NCBI GenBank assembly: GCA_973895155.1
Contig: OZ316897.1
Location: 20,922,260-20,986,259 of the forward strand
Direction: 5' to 3'
Source of the DNA: Marsupella aquatica
Lineage: Eukaryota > Plantae > Marchantiophyta
Length of the DNA: 64,000 nt
In this document: piece by piece, positions 24,401-29,100 of the stretch
Numbering within the stretch: the first letter of the stretch is position 1
Layout: every line of letters begins with the position of its first letter
Program-made: the position numbers and the translations under genes
The notes under the pieces: model-generated
What the model was told of the DNA's origin: nothing
The model's database searches: none
What the model saw: only the letters and a program-made list of their open reading frames with translations

Positions 24401-26114
24401 CTGGGACAGCCTCATGCTCCTGCTCAACTTCTGGTGCCACCTCAAGTGGGTCCTCCGGGGCAGCCAACTTCTCCACGGGTGCTGGTTCCTCCTGTGTGGG
24501 TTGTTGTTCTGGTGATGCTACTTCAGACGTAGGTGCCACCTCTTCCTCCGTGGACGGCACGGCCTGGCTGGGCTCCTCTTCCACTGCAAGGTCCTCTACT
24601 GCTGGTGGTGATGTCTGCAAGGGGAGGTGGAATGCCCTGGTTGCATTGGCCGGTGCTGCTTCCACCGTGGGGTGCTTGGGAGCAACCTCATCCTCTACCA
24701 CGGGTTTCACAGGCTCCTCTGGGAGAGCCTCATGCTCTTGCTCAACCTCTGGTGTTACCTCAAGTGGCTTGCCCGGGGTAGCGAACTTCTCCAGAACTGG
24801 TGGTTCCTGCTCTGTGGGTTCTAGTTCTGGGGCTGGTAATTCAGACATAGGTGCCACCTCTTTGTCCGTTGGGAGCTTGGCGGGGCTGGGCTCCTCCTGC
24901 CGTGGATGGTCCCGTGCTTTTGGTGCTGATGGGTCGAAGGGGAGCTGAAATTCCCTTGCTGCTCTGGCTGGTGCTTCTTCCATCACTGGATCCTTTGGAG
25001 CAACCTCATCCTTCATCACGGGTGCCACAGGCTCCTCGGGGACAGCTTCATGCTGGTGCTCAACCTCTGGTGGTACCTGAAGTTCCTCCTCTGGTGCACC
25101 CAACTTCTCTACTGCTGCTGGTTCCTCCTTTGTGGGCTGTAGTTCTGTTGGTACTATTTTAGACCCTAGGGACACCTCTTTGTCTGTTGGGAGCACAGCC
25201 GGGTTGGGCTCCTCCTCTACTTCAAGGTGGTTTGCTGCTGGTGGTGATGCGTCCAAGGGGAGCTCTGATTCCCTTGTTGCTGGGGCCGGTGCTGCTTCCA
25301 CTGCCGGTTGCTTTGGGGCAACCTCATCGTCCACTACAGGTGTCACCGGATCCTTGGGGACAGCATGGGGCTCATGCTCAACCTGTGGTGGTCCTTCAAG
25401 TGGCTCCTTTGGCACAGCCAACTTCTCCAGCGCTGATGGCTCCTCCTTTGCTGCCTCAAGTTCTGGTGTGGCAGCTTCTGACGGAGGTGCCACTTCTTCC
25501 TCTGCTGGTAGCAGAGCCTGGATGGGCTCTTCCTGCACTGCAAGGTCCAGGTCCTTTGCTGTTGGTGCAGATGCCTCCATGGGAAGTGCATATTCCCTAG
25601 TTGCTGGGGCTGCTTCCACCACCGGCTCCTTTTGAGCCACAGCAAGGTCCGATTCAGCGGGTGCTATGTCTTCTGAATTCTTGGGAGTATCCTGGTCGAT
25701 GACTGGGGCCTCTACTCTGTACACTGGCTGCTCTGGAAGAGCCCCGGGCTCATTCTGCACCGCTGGTGTTACCCCAAATGGTTTCTGAGGTGCAGTGTAG
25801 TCGGTTGCTTTCTGGGCCGTTGGTGTTGCAAGTTCTTTGAGTGTTTGTGTGTCGTTAGGCCGGGCTGGAGATGAATCGATTGGGTCTGCTATGTGGAGAG
25901 TGCCGTGTTTTCGCGAAGGTGGAGGCCTTTCCGCCTGAAGTGCTTTCGTTTTAGCTGCCTCGAATAGAGTACCAGCTTCTATCTCGTCGACAATTTGTTT
26001 GACAGATTTTTGGCGTTTGTATTCGATGTCTTGGGTCGCCGTGTTTTCTGATTCCAATGCTGTCGTCGAGTCCTTTGGAATTGCTATGTGCTGTCCCGGT
26101 TGTGCTGCAGGTGT
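486..26114 (-). CDS. Giant terminal coding exon (25,629 nt) of the repeat protein
   Basis: The stop-free 8,523-aa ORF in the track extends 19 codons upstream to the acceptor cccacag|ACA at 26114. All repeat indels preserve the frame. Confidence 0.9.
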   Translation of the reverse strand, partial: TPAAQPGQHIAIPKDSTTALESENTATQDIEYKRQKSVKQIVDEIEAGTLFEAAKTKALQAERPPPSRKHGTLHIADPIDSSPARPNDTQTLKELATPTAQKATDYTAPQKPFGVTPAVQNEPGALPEQPVYRVEAPVIDQDTPKNSEDIAPAESDLAVAQKEPVVEAAPATREYALPMEASAPTAKDLDLAVQEEPIQALLPAEEEVAPPSEAATPELEAAKEEPSALEKLAVPKEPLEGPPQVEHEPHAVPKDPVTPVVDDEVAPKQPAVEAAPAPATRESELPLDASPPAANHLEVEEEPNPAVLPTDKEVSLGSKIVPTELQPTKEEPAAVEKLGAPEEELQVPPEVEHQHEAVPEEPVAPVMKDEVAPKDPVMEEAPARAAREFQLPFDPSAPKARDHPRQEEPSPAKLPTDKEVAPMSELPAPELEPTEQEPPVLEKFATPGKPLEVTPEVEQEHEALPEEPVKPVVEDEVAPKHPTVEAAPANATRAFHLPLQTSPPAVEDLAVEEEPSQAVPSTEEEVAPTSEVASPEQQPTQEEPAPVEKLAAPEDPLEVAPEVEQEHEAVPEEPVAPVVEDEVAPKEPAEVAPATATREFDLPFEASGPAAEDLAAEEEPSLAVPSTEEEVAPTSEVATPKLEPIEEEPTALEKLAAAEELVEVAPEVEQEHEAVPEEPVAPVVEDEVAPKEPAVEAAPAPATREFDLPLEEEPAAVEKLAAPEEPLEVAPEVEQEHVAVPEELVAPVAEDEVAPKEPTMETAPATATREFDLPLQASPPLAEDLAAEKEPTLAVPSTEEEVAPTSEVASPELEPTEQEPTAVEKLAASEEPVEVAPEVEQEHEAVREKPVAPLVEDEVAPKEPVVEAAAAPATREFDLPLEEEPAPVEKFTALEEPVEVAPKVQQEHAAVPQELVAPVAEDDVAPKDPTVETAPATATREFDLPLEGLPPVAEDLAAKKEPSLGVPSTEEEFAPMSEVASPELEPTEQEPTTVEKFATPEEPVEVAPKVEQEHETVPEEPVAPVVEDEVPPKDPAVEAAPATATREFDLPLEASPPAAEDLAAEEEPSPAVPSTEEEVAPTSELTKPELEPTQEEPVAVEQLAAPEEPVEVAPEVEQEHEAVPQEPVAPVMEDKVARKEPPVEAAPAPATREFDLPLEEEPAAVEKLPVPQEPLEVAPEVDQEHVAVPEELVAPVAEDEVAPKEPPVETAPATTTREFDLPLNASGPAAEDLAAEEEPSLAVPSTEEEVAPTSEVASQELKPTEEEPTAVEKLAAPEEPVEVAPGVEEEPEAVPEEPVAPMVEDEAAPKEPAVEATPAPATREFDLPLEEEPAAVEKLASPEEPLEVAPQVEEEHVAVPEEPVAPVVEDEVAPKDPAVEAAPTTATREFDLPLEASGPAAEDLAAEEEPSPVVPSIEEEVAPMSEVASPELEPTEEEPTVVEKLAAPEEPLEVAPEVEQEHEAVPQEQVAPVVEDEVPHKVPVVEAAPALATREFDLRLEEEPAAAEKLAAPQEPLQVAPQVEQEHEAVPEEPVAPVVEDEVAPKVPVVEAAPAPAMREFDLRLEEEPAAVEKFAAPEEPVEVAPEVGKEDLAVLEDLVAPVAEDEVAPKEPAVETAPATATREFDLHLEASPPVVEDLAAKKQPSLGVPSIEEEVVPMSEVASPELEPTEEEPTPVEKLGAPEEPVQVAAEVEQEHEAVPEEPVAPVVEDEVAPKVPAVEAPPAPATREFDLPLEEEPAAVEKLASPEEPLELTPQVEEEHVAVPEEPMAPVVEDEVAPKDPAVEAAPTMATREFDLPLEASGPAAEDLAVEEEPSPAVPSIEEEVAPMSEVASPELKPSEEEPTAVEKLTGPEDPVEVAPEVEQEHEAVPEEPVAPMVEDEVAPKDPTVEAAPAPATREFDLPLEEEPAAVEKLAAPEEPVEVAPEVEQEHAAVQGELVAPVAEDEVAPKEPAVETGPTTATRKFDLHLEASPRVAEDLAAEKEPSLGWPSTEEEVAPMSEVASPELEPSEEEPIAVEKLTGPEDPVEVAPEVEQEHEAVLEEPVAPMVEDEVAPKDPAVEAAPAPATREFDLPLEEEPAAVEKLAAPKETVEVAPEVEQEHAAVQGELVAPVAENEVAPKEPTVETGPTTATREFDLHLEASPRVAEDLAAEKEPSLGWPSTKEEVAPMSEVASPELEPSEEEPTAVEKLAGLEDPVEVAPEVEHEDESVPEEAVAPVVEDEVAPKDPALEAAPALATREFELPLEVEPVAVEKLAVPQEPLEVAPEVDQEHVAVPEELVAPVAEDEVAPKEPAVETTLATATREFHLPLGASGPAAEELAAEEEPSLAVPSTEQEVASMSEVASQELKPTEEEPTAVEKLAAPEEPVEVAPEVEEEPEAVPEEPVAPVVEDEAAPKEPAVEEAQAPATREFDLPLVEEPAAVEKLAAPEEPLEVAPEVEQEHLAVPGELVAPVAEDEVAPKEPAVETAPATATREFDFPLQASPPVAEDLAAQKEPSLGLPSTEEEVEATSEVASPELEPTEEEPTVVEKLAAPEEPLEVAPEVEQEHEAVPEEPVAPVVEDEVPPKVPVMEATPALATREFDLRLEEEPAAAEKLAAPEQPLEVAPEVEQEHEAVPEEPVAPVVEDEAAPKEPAVEATQAPATREFDLPLVEEPAAVEKLAAPEEPLQVAPEVEQEHEAVPEEPVAPVVEDEVAPKVPVVEAAPAPATRQFDLRLDEEPAAMEKFAAPEEPVEVAPEVGKEDLAVLEDLVAPVAEDEVAPKEPAVETAPTTPTREFDLHLEASPPVAEDLAAKKQPSLGVPSTEEEVVPMSEVASPELEPTEEEPTPVEKLGAPEEPVQVAAEVEQEHEAVPEEPVAPVVEDQVAPKEPAVEAAPAASTRQFDLPLEEEPTAVEKLAAQEEPVEVALEVEQEDEAVPEERVAPVVEDEVAPKDPALERAPAMATKEFELPLDASGPAAQDLAVEEEPSPALPSTEEEVAPPSVLPAPKLEPREEEPVVMEKVGALEEPVEVVPEGEEEHEAVPEEPVGPVVEFEVAPKEPAVEAAPAPAPREFDLPSEEEPAAVEKLAAPEEPLEVAPEVEQEHEAVPEEPVAPMVEDEVAPKVPVVEVAPAPATREFDLRLEEEPAAVEKLAAPEEPLQVAPEVEQEHEAVPEEPMAPVVEDEVAPKVPVVEAAAARATRECDLRLEEEPAAVEKFAAPEEPVEVASEVEEVDLAVLEDLVAPVAEDEVAPKVPAVETVPATATREFDLHLEASPPVAEDLAAEKQPSLGVPSTEEEVVPMSEVASPELEPTEEEPTPVEKLATLEEPLEVAPQVEQEHEAFPEELVAPVVEGEVGPKVPVVETAPAPATREFDLRLEEEPAAVDKFAAPEEPVEVAPEVEQEDLAVLEDLVAPVAEDEVAPKEPAMETVPATATSEFDLHLEASPPVVEDLAAEKEPSLGVPSTEEEVAPMSEVASPELEPTEEEPTAVEKLGVPEDPVQVAPEVEQEHEAVPELPVAPVVEDDVAPQEPAVEAAAAPSTREFELPLEEELASVEKLAAPEEAVEVAPEVEQEHEAVPEEPVAPVVEDEVAQKVPAVEAAPAPATREFDLPLEEEPAAVEKLAAAEEPVEVALDVEQEHVAVPEEPLEVAPEVEQEHVDVPEEPVAPVVEDEVPPKNTAVEAAPATAIREFDLPLEASPPAVEKLAAPKEPLEVAPEVEQEHVAVLEEPVAPMVEDQVAPKEPAVEAARAAATRQFDLPLEEEPTAVEKLAAPEEPVEVALEVEQEDEAVPEEQVATVVEDEVAPKDPALEAAPATATKEFDLPLDASGPAAQDLAVEEEPNPALPSTEEEVAPMSVLPAPKLEPREEEPAAVEKLAAPEEPLEVAPEVEQEHDAIPEELLAPMLEKLAAPEEHEAVPEEQVSPVLEDEVAPKDPTVEAAPARATREFHLPLEASGPAAKDLAAEEEPSPAVPSTEEEMAPTSELAAPELQPTEEEPTDVEKLAAPEKPVEVAPEVEQEHVPQEPLAPVVEKLAAPQEPVEVAPEVEHEDAAVPEELVAPVAEEKVAPKEPMVETAPATATREFDLPLEASPPVAEDLAAEQEPNLVVPSKEEEVAPTPEVASPKLKPTEEELTALEKLAAPKEPLEVAPEVEQEHVAVTEELVALVAEDDVAPKEPGVETVPATTTREFDLPLEPSPPVAEDLAAQKEPSLALPSREEEVQAASEVASPELEPTEEEPTAVEKLAAPEEPVEVAREVEQEHEAVPEEPMAPVVEDQVAPKVPAVEAAPAPATREFVLPLEVEPAAVEKLAAPEEPLEVAPQVEQEHEAIPEELVAPVLEKLAAPEEPVEVAPEVEHEDAAVPEGLVAPVAEDEVAPKEPEVETTLATATREFDLPLEASPPVAEDLAAEKEPSLAMPSTEEEVAPMSEVASPELEPTEEEPTAVENLATPEEPLEVAPEVEQGHEAVPEEQVAPVVEDEVARKQPAVEEAPAPATRECDLPLEEEPAAVEKLAALEEPLEVAPEVEQEHEAIPEELVAPVLDKLAAPEEPVEVAPEVEHEDAAVPEGLVAPVAEDEVAPKEPEVETAPATATREFDLPLEASPPVAEDLAPEKEPSLAVPSTEEEVAPMSEVGSLELEPTEEEPTALEKSAAPEEPVEVAPAVEQEHEAVREEQVAPVVEDEVAPNDPAVEAAPATATREFDLPLEASGPAAEDLAAKEEPSPAVPSTQEEMAPTSELAAPEPEPTEEEPVAVENLAALEPVQVVPEVEQEHEAVPEEPVAPVVEDEVAPKEPAVEATPAPATREFELPLEEEPAAVEKLAAPEEPLEVAPEVEQEHAAVPEELVAPGGEDKVAPKEPAVETAPAPATREFDLPLEASPPVAEDLAAEKEPSLAVPSKEEDVAPTPEVASPELGPTEEEPTALEKLAAPEEPVEVATEVEQEHEAVPEEEVAPVLEDEVAPKDPAVEAASAMATREFDLPLEASGPAAEDLAAEEKPSPAVPSTQEEMAPTSELAAPELEPTEEEVVAVEKSATLEQPVEVVPEVEHEHEAVPEEPMAPVVEDEVAPKEPAVEAAPAPATREFDLPLEVEPAAVEKLAAPEEPLEVAPQVEQEHEAIPEELVAPVLEKLAAPEEPVEVAPEVEHDDAAVPEGLVAPVAEDEVAPKEPEVETALATATREFDLPLEASPPVAEDLAAEKEPSLAMPSTEEEVAPMSEVASPELEPTEEEPTAVENLATPEEPLEVAPEVEQGHEAVPEEQVAPVVEDEVARKQPAVEEAPAAGTREFDLPLEEEPAAVEKLAALEEPLEVAPKVEQEHEAIPEELVAPVLDKLAAPEEPVEVAPEVEHEDAAVPEGLVAPVAEDEVAPKEPEVETAPATATREFDLPLEASGPAAEDVAAEEKPSPAVPSTQEEMAPTSELAAPELEPTEEEVVAVEKSATLEQPVEVVPEVEHEHEAVPKEPMALVVEYEVAPKEPAVEAAPAPATREFDLPLEEEPAAVEKLAAPKEPLEVAPEVEQEHVAVSQELVALVAEDEVAPKEPGVEISPATATREFDLPLQASPPVAENLAAKKEPSLALPSTEEEVKATSEVASPELGPTEEEPTAMEKLAASEKPVEVAPEVEQEHVPQEPVAPVVEKLAAAQEPVEVAREVEYEDAAVPEELVAPVPEDEVAPKELTVETAPATATREFDLPLEASPPVAEDLAAKQEPSLVVPSKEEDVAPTPEGASPELEPTEEEPTALEKSAIPEEPVEVGAEVKQEHEAVLEDPVAPVVEDEVAPKVPAVEAAPAPATREFDLPLEEEPPAVEKLADQEEPLEVAPEVEQEHVAVPQELVALVAEDEVAPKQPGVETAPATATREFDLPLEAVGPAIEDLAAEKEPSPAVPSTEEEMAPTSELAAPDLQPTEQEPTDVEKLAALEEPVEVLPEVEHEHEAVPKEPMAPVVEDEVAPKEPAVEAAPAPATREFDLPLEEEPAAVEKLAAREEPLEVGPEVEQEHEAIPEELVAPVLEKLAAPEEPLEVAPEVEHEDAAVPEGIVAPVAEDEVAPKEPVVETTPATATREFDLHLEASPTVAEDLVAEKEPSLAVPSTEEEVAPMSEVASPKLEPTEEEPTAVEKLAAPEEPVEVAPEVEQGHEAVREEQVAPVVEDEVAPKHPAVEAAPATATREFDLPLEASGPAAEDLAGEEDPSPTVPSTEEEVAPTSELAAPELEPTQEEPVAVEKVAALEEPVEVVPVVQQEHDAVPEEPVAPVVEDQVARKEPAVEKAPAPATREFDLPLEEEPAAVEKLAAPEVPLDLAPEVEQEHEAIPEELVAPVLEKLAAPEEPVEVAPEVEHEDAAVPEGLVAPVAEDEVAPKEPAVETAPATPTREFDLPLEASPPVAEDLAAEKEPSLGVPSTKKEVAPMSEVASPELEPTEEEPTAVEKLAAPEEPVEVAPEVEQEHEAVLEEPVAFVGEDEVAPKDPAVEAAPATATREFDLPLEASGPEAEDLAAEEKPIPAVPSKEEQVAPTSELAAPELEPTEEEPVGMEKLAAPEEPVEVAPEVEQEHEAVPEEPVAPVVEDEVAPKEPAVEAALAPSTREFSLPLEEEPATMEKLAAHEEPLEVAPEVEQEHAAVPEEAVAPVVEDQVAPKDPVVEAAPATAPREFDLLLEESSPAVEDLAAEGLVAPVAEDEVAPKEPEVETAPATATREFDLPLEASPPVVEDLAAKKEPCLALPSTDEAVEATFEVASPELEPTEEEPTAVEKLAAPEEPVEVAPEVEQEHDAVSEEPMAPVVEDEFAPKEPTVEAALAPSTREFSLPLEEEPATMEKLAAHEEPLEVAPEVEQEHAAVPEEAVAPVVEDQVAPKDPVVEAAPATAPREFDLPLEASGPAAEDLAAEEEPSPAVPSSEEEVAPTSEVAAPELEPTEEEPVGMEKLAAPEEPVEVAPQVEQEHHAVPEEPVAPVVDVEVAPKEPAVEAAPATTTREFDLLLEASSPAVVDLAAEGLVAPVAEDEVAPKEPAVETAPATPTREFDLPLEASPPVVEDLAAKKEPCLALPSTEEEVEATFEVASPELEPTEEEPTAVEKLAAPEEPVEVAQEVEQEHDAVSEEPMAPVVEDEFAPKGPTVEAALAPSTREFSLPLEEEPAAMEKLAAHEEPLEVAPEVEQEHAAVPEEAVAPVVEDQVAPKDPAVEAAPATAPREFDLPLEASGPAAEDLAAEEEPSLAVLSSEEEVAPTSEVAARELEPTEEEPTAVEKLAAPEEPVEVAPEVEQEHVAVPEEPVAPVVEDEVAPEEPAVEGVPATATREFDLPLEASPPVVEDLAAKKEPCLALPSTEEEVEATFEVASPELEPTEEEPTAVEKLAAPEEPVEVAQEVEQEHDAVSEEPMAPVVEDEFAPKGPTVEAALAPSTREFSFPLEEEPAAMEKLAAHEEPLEVAPEVEQEHAAVPEEAVAPVVEDQVAPKDPAVEAAPATAPREFDLPLEASGPAAEDLAAEEEPSLAVLSSEEEVAPTSEVAARELEPTEEEPTAVEKLAAPEEPVEVAPEVEQEHEAVPEEPVAPMVEDEVAPEEPAVEGVPATATREFDLPLEASSPAVKDLAAEEEPFPAVPSREEEVAPTSEVAAPELEPTEEEPVAVEKLAAPEEPVEVGPEVEPEHEAVLEEPVAPFVEDVVTPKDPVVETAAATATREFYVPLQALPPAAEDLAVKEEPSAAVPSTVQEVAPTSEVAAPELVPTDKEPAAVEKLATPEEPVEVAPEVQQEHEAVPEEPLAPLVEDEVAPKEPAVEAAPATTTREFDLLLEASSPAVEDRAAEDEPSPAVPSREEEVGPPSEEAASELEPKEEEPPPLEKLAAPEETLEVAPDVEQDHEAVQEELVAPVVEDEVAPKEPAVEAAPATATRVFELPLEALPPAIEDLAAEKEPSPAVPSTEEGVAPTSEGAAPELEPTKEEPAAVEELAAPKEPVEVAPEVEQEHEAVPEEPVAPVVEDEVAFKEPAVEAAPAPATREFDLPLVEEPAAVEKLAAPEERLEVPLEVERKLEAVPEERVAPVVEDEVAPKEPAVEAAPATAPREFELPLEASPPAVEDLAAEEEPSPAVPSTEEGVGPTSEGAAPELEPTKEEPAAVEELAAPEELLEVPLEVEQELKAVPEEPVAPPMEDEVAPKEPTVEAAPAISTREFDLPLEALPPAAEELAAEEEPSPAVPSTEEEVTPTSVGAAPELEPTKEEPAVEPAAVEKLAAPVDPLEGEPEIEQEQKDILEEPVAPLMEDEAAPKEPVVEDEVPPKEPAVEAAPATAPREFELPLEALAPAAEDLASMEIGGGGEELGGEQRVVGAFGSPEAQGVEKGGLAKEEGDQTGEPFFKGHGLQDQELRVSNRVMLGETRPVHVSSNDRACEKVETEPLFKGLGLSENIDICMCASCLYRRFLIKEHGVKFLNFDGSKEDGNAKGIKGEGSMPPDVETKKEVDFPSDGEVEKCPSHPFSEIGTVKKVLEGRVSVELTDEQSSVIKLVQGLDSSFKSQGTNSSDGNDSILGESQQATSDEPSRLEAGLPSIVTNANLTTVY

Positions 26115-29100
26115 CTGTGGGGTGCACAGTACAGGAGTTAATCAACAGGGTGATGCAATTGAATGGGATTAATATTTCCGTAACTAGGATAACTAGACGG
26201 CGAGTTGTAGGAACCAAACGGACATTCGCTTGGTTTTGATTTGTTTTTCAGCTTCGTATGCCCAATTGTGTCTCGTGAGACCACCTTGTTCATGGTAGGA
26301 CCTTGCAATTCAAGTAAAAGAGAAAGAACGAGCAGCCGTATCGTGAGAAGGTTTCCTACCTAATCAGAGAAGGTTTCATATTTTCAGCTAGGCTTTTTTT
26401 AAATGTTTATAGATCATTTTTTTACCCGCTGCGTTGCTGCTTTGTCAACCAAGTTACAGCTATACTAATCTGTTTCCAATAACTTGACCTACAGACCAGA
26501 AATTTCAATCAATTTGGACAGAGACATGGAACAATGTCGATCCAGTTAGGTTCTTCAATTCATCAAAAGGTAAAGACACAAGTTCAGTGCTCAAGAGTAC
26601 TTGTGGTAGGGGTTAAGACTCTTATTGCTTAGCAATTGGCCGCAAGTTGCAATCAACGAAAACTACAGGAGGCAGGAAGATCTGCGATTGTCGGATCATG
26701 CACGAGGCACGAGAGAAACAGTCTTGCGTATACATTCGTGATAGCAACAGATCGAACGAGAATCCTGTCGTTCAATCATCACCTGGTGACGAACGGTGCT
26801 GTACTACTGGATTCAGTTATTTCAAAAAGTTAACAAGCACTCAACCAAGGGCAATGCTCAGTTAAGTTTCACGCTAATTATTTCTGCAGTTTTCTGAATT
26901 CAAGTTTCACCATCCTATGCATTACCGCTACTTTCTGCACAACTTGAGATAATATTTTATTAGCTTTGTACGAGTTTTCAAGGAATTCGATTACGTGTTT
27001 CTCATATTTTATATCATTTCCATCTCCGTTACGGCTCTAATTTTCAACTAGTAAGATGTATTGGAAGAGCTGGGTTAATATCATGTGAAGCGGCTTTTGG
27101 GAAGCTTTCACCTGACGTTTTTTCTTTGTTGAGATGAATGCTGAAGCTAAATACCTCATAGACTTCTTTGGTCGTGGTGGGCGTAAATTGCGGACGACCC
27201 TCCTCGTCAACTGCTGCTTGAATTTCACCGGCAGAGTCGACAATCTCAGGTTGGCTGGTTTCACTGATCTGTGGAGATGGTGATCTGGGCGTCGTTCTCT
27301 CATCTTCGGGGCCCCTGATGATTTCAAAATCACCACTGCCTGTAGAATCCGATCTTGAGCTGATAGAAGCTGGTTTGGCGACCTTGAGCTCCGTAGCCAG
27401 AGGTTCTTCTCGTGCAGTGTATCCCTCTCTCTGATACGAAACGAACGAAAGAATGATTGGTTAGAACAGTTAGAAGCCTATAAGCATGCTTACATGATTT
27501 TCATCAAAATTCATTTCATTTCCGTTTCGAAGGTCAGATTAACGTAAAGCTGGGGCTTCGAAGGCGAATGTCACGTACTTGGAAACCTTGTAGTAAAACA
27601 AGAGCTAAAATCTTAATTTACTAAATCAAAAATCGAGAAATGAAATCCAGAGTTCAAATACGTTACGAGCCAGAAGAATCATGCTGCCCTAAATTTCAAT
27701 CCTTAAGATCGTATGAGATCGCAAAAGTGTGCAGTTGAGAATATCTTGACAAGCAAGACGCCCGGTCCTCACTTCACATCTTCGACTTCCAATGACTCGA
27801 CCAGCCATTCCTGAAAAAGAAGCATGAATGAGACATGACTTGGGATCTGAATTCTGGTCTTACTCGCAGAAGGGTTGCTGGGCTCAAGGACCCGGAAGTC
27901 GCTTCTGATTCATCGGAAATTTCATGACCTAAAGTTCCTTCCTTCTTGTCGACTGGAAGTACTCGCTTCAGAGTTCCAATTTCTCTGTTCGCCGCATCAG
28001 TTGGAGAAATTCTGGATGCCGAATTATCCAACGCCACCTTCTTCTCAGCTTCTGTATCCAGTACCTTCAACTCTTGTTGAGCTGTGAAGGACTCCGATTT
28101 ACCTTTCTTCGAGGCTGCCTGGAGCGCGGATCGAGGGCTACGAGTGACCAGTTCCCAATTCTCACCTAGCTCAACAAAAGCTTTCATAGTCTCATGTTCC
28201 TTTGCTTCCAGGTCCTTCTTTGAGTCCACTTTACTAAGGTCTGCTTGTCGCAATGCCACTGGGGTATCTGGAATAACAACAGCAGCCGAAGACGGTGACA
28301 CATTGAACGGCTCGACGGGGACTGCTTCCTTGCCGACCTTTTGGCTGAAAGACGGTCGAAGAGTTGGGATTGGAGAATCTTTGGCGCTTCTGCTACGAGG
28401 CAGCATAGACGAGCTGCTCAATCTTAATCTGGAACGAGCTTGAAAGCTCGATTGTTCGCGTTCAGATCCAAATGCAGGCGGAGATGTGCCCGAGCTCGAA
28501 TCCTTGGATGGACTAAAGACGGGCGATTCATATCTAGACGACACCGGTGACTTTGTAGCAGGAGTGGCAGGCACAGAAGAGGGTCCAAGTTCCTCTGAAG
28601 CATCGTGAAACGTTTCAGCTCCTTCATCGTGTAGTTGAGAGGATGCAGGCGCTGTTTCGGTTGATGATTTCGAGCCCAGCCCTGTTCCCTTCAAATTTCT
28701 TTTCCTTAACAGACCAGACGATTCTGAAGAGGACTCTCCCGAGTGGAACGCTCCTTCCTGTTCGAAGACACCAACGTCTTCCAGCTACAATGCAGAATAC
28801 ACAAGACCGAACGACGAACGACAAAGATTAGAAGATGGTCATAATTTAATTTATGAACACATTACATGCATATTCTAGACAGACCGTATGTTTGACCTTT
28901 CAACATCGATCAGTTTAGGCATGCTCTTTCCTGTCTCTCTCTGAAGCTCAATGTGGTGGAACTGACGGTACGAAGGAACATTCCAAACATAAATTTCTGC
29001 CCATTGGAATTTTTGTGTTCAAGATGGAACAAGATAACATTTCATAGATCCATCACAAGCTGAATTACTGGAAGCAAGTGACGATTCTAAGGGATCCGAA

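Noticed and set aside
1250-25620. CRISPR array or non-coding satellite interpretation
   Set aside because: There are no unique spacers or cas genes, unit lengths are multiples of 3, and the frame is intact.
1093-25635. Many long plus-strand and alternate-frame ORFs (up to 1,452 aa, Ser/Gly/Ala/Thr-rich or Pro/Gln/Leu-rich)
   Set aside because: These are shadows of the repetitive, codon-biased minus-strand exon. They are broken by scattered stops while the minus frame is never broken.
26055-26057. TTG start assigned to the 8,523-aa ORF
   Set aside because: The locus is eukaryotic, and the frame continues to a splice acceptor at 26114 that joins upstream exons.
486-26114. True homology to titin
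   Set aside because: No Ig, Fn3 or kinase domains are visible. The similarity is compositional only, and Lys is low while Ala is high.
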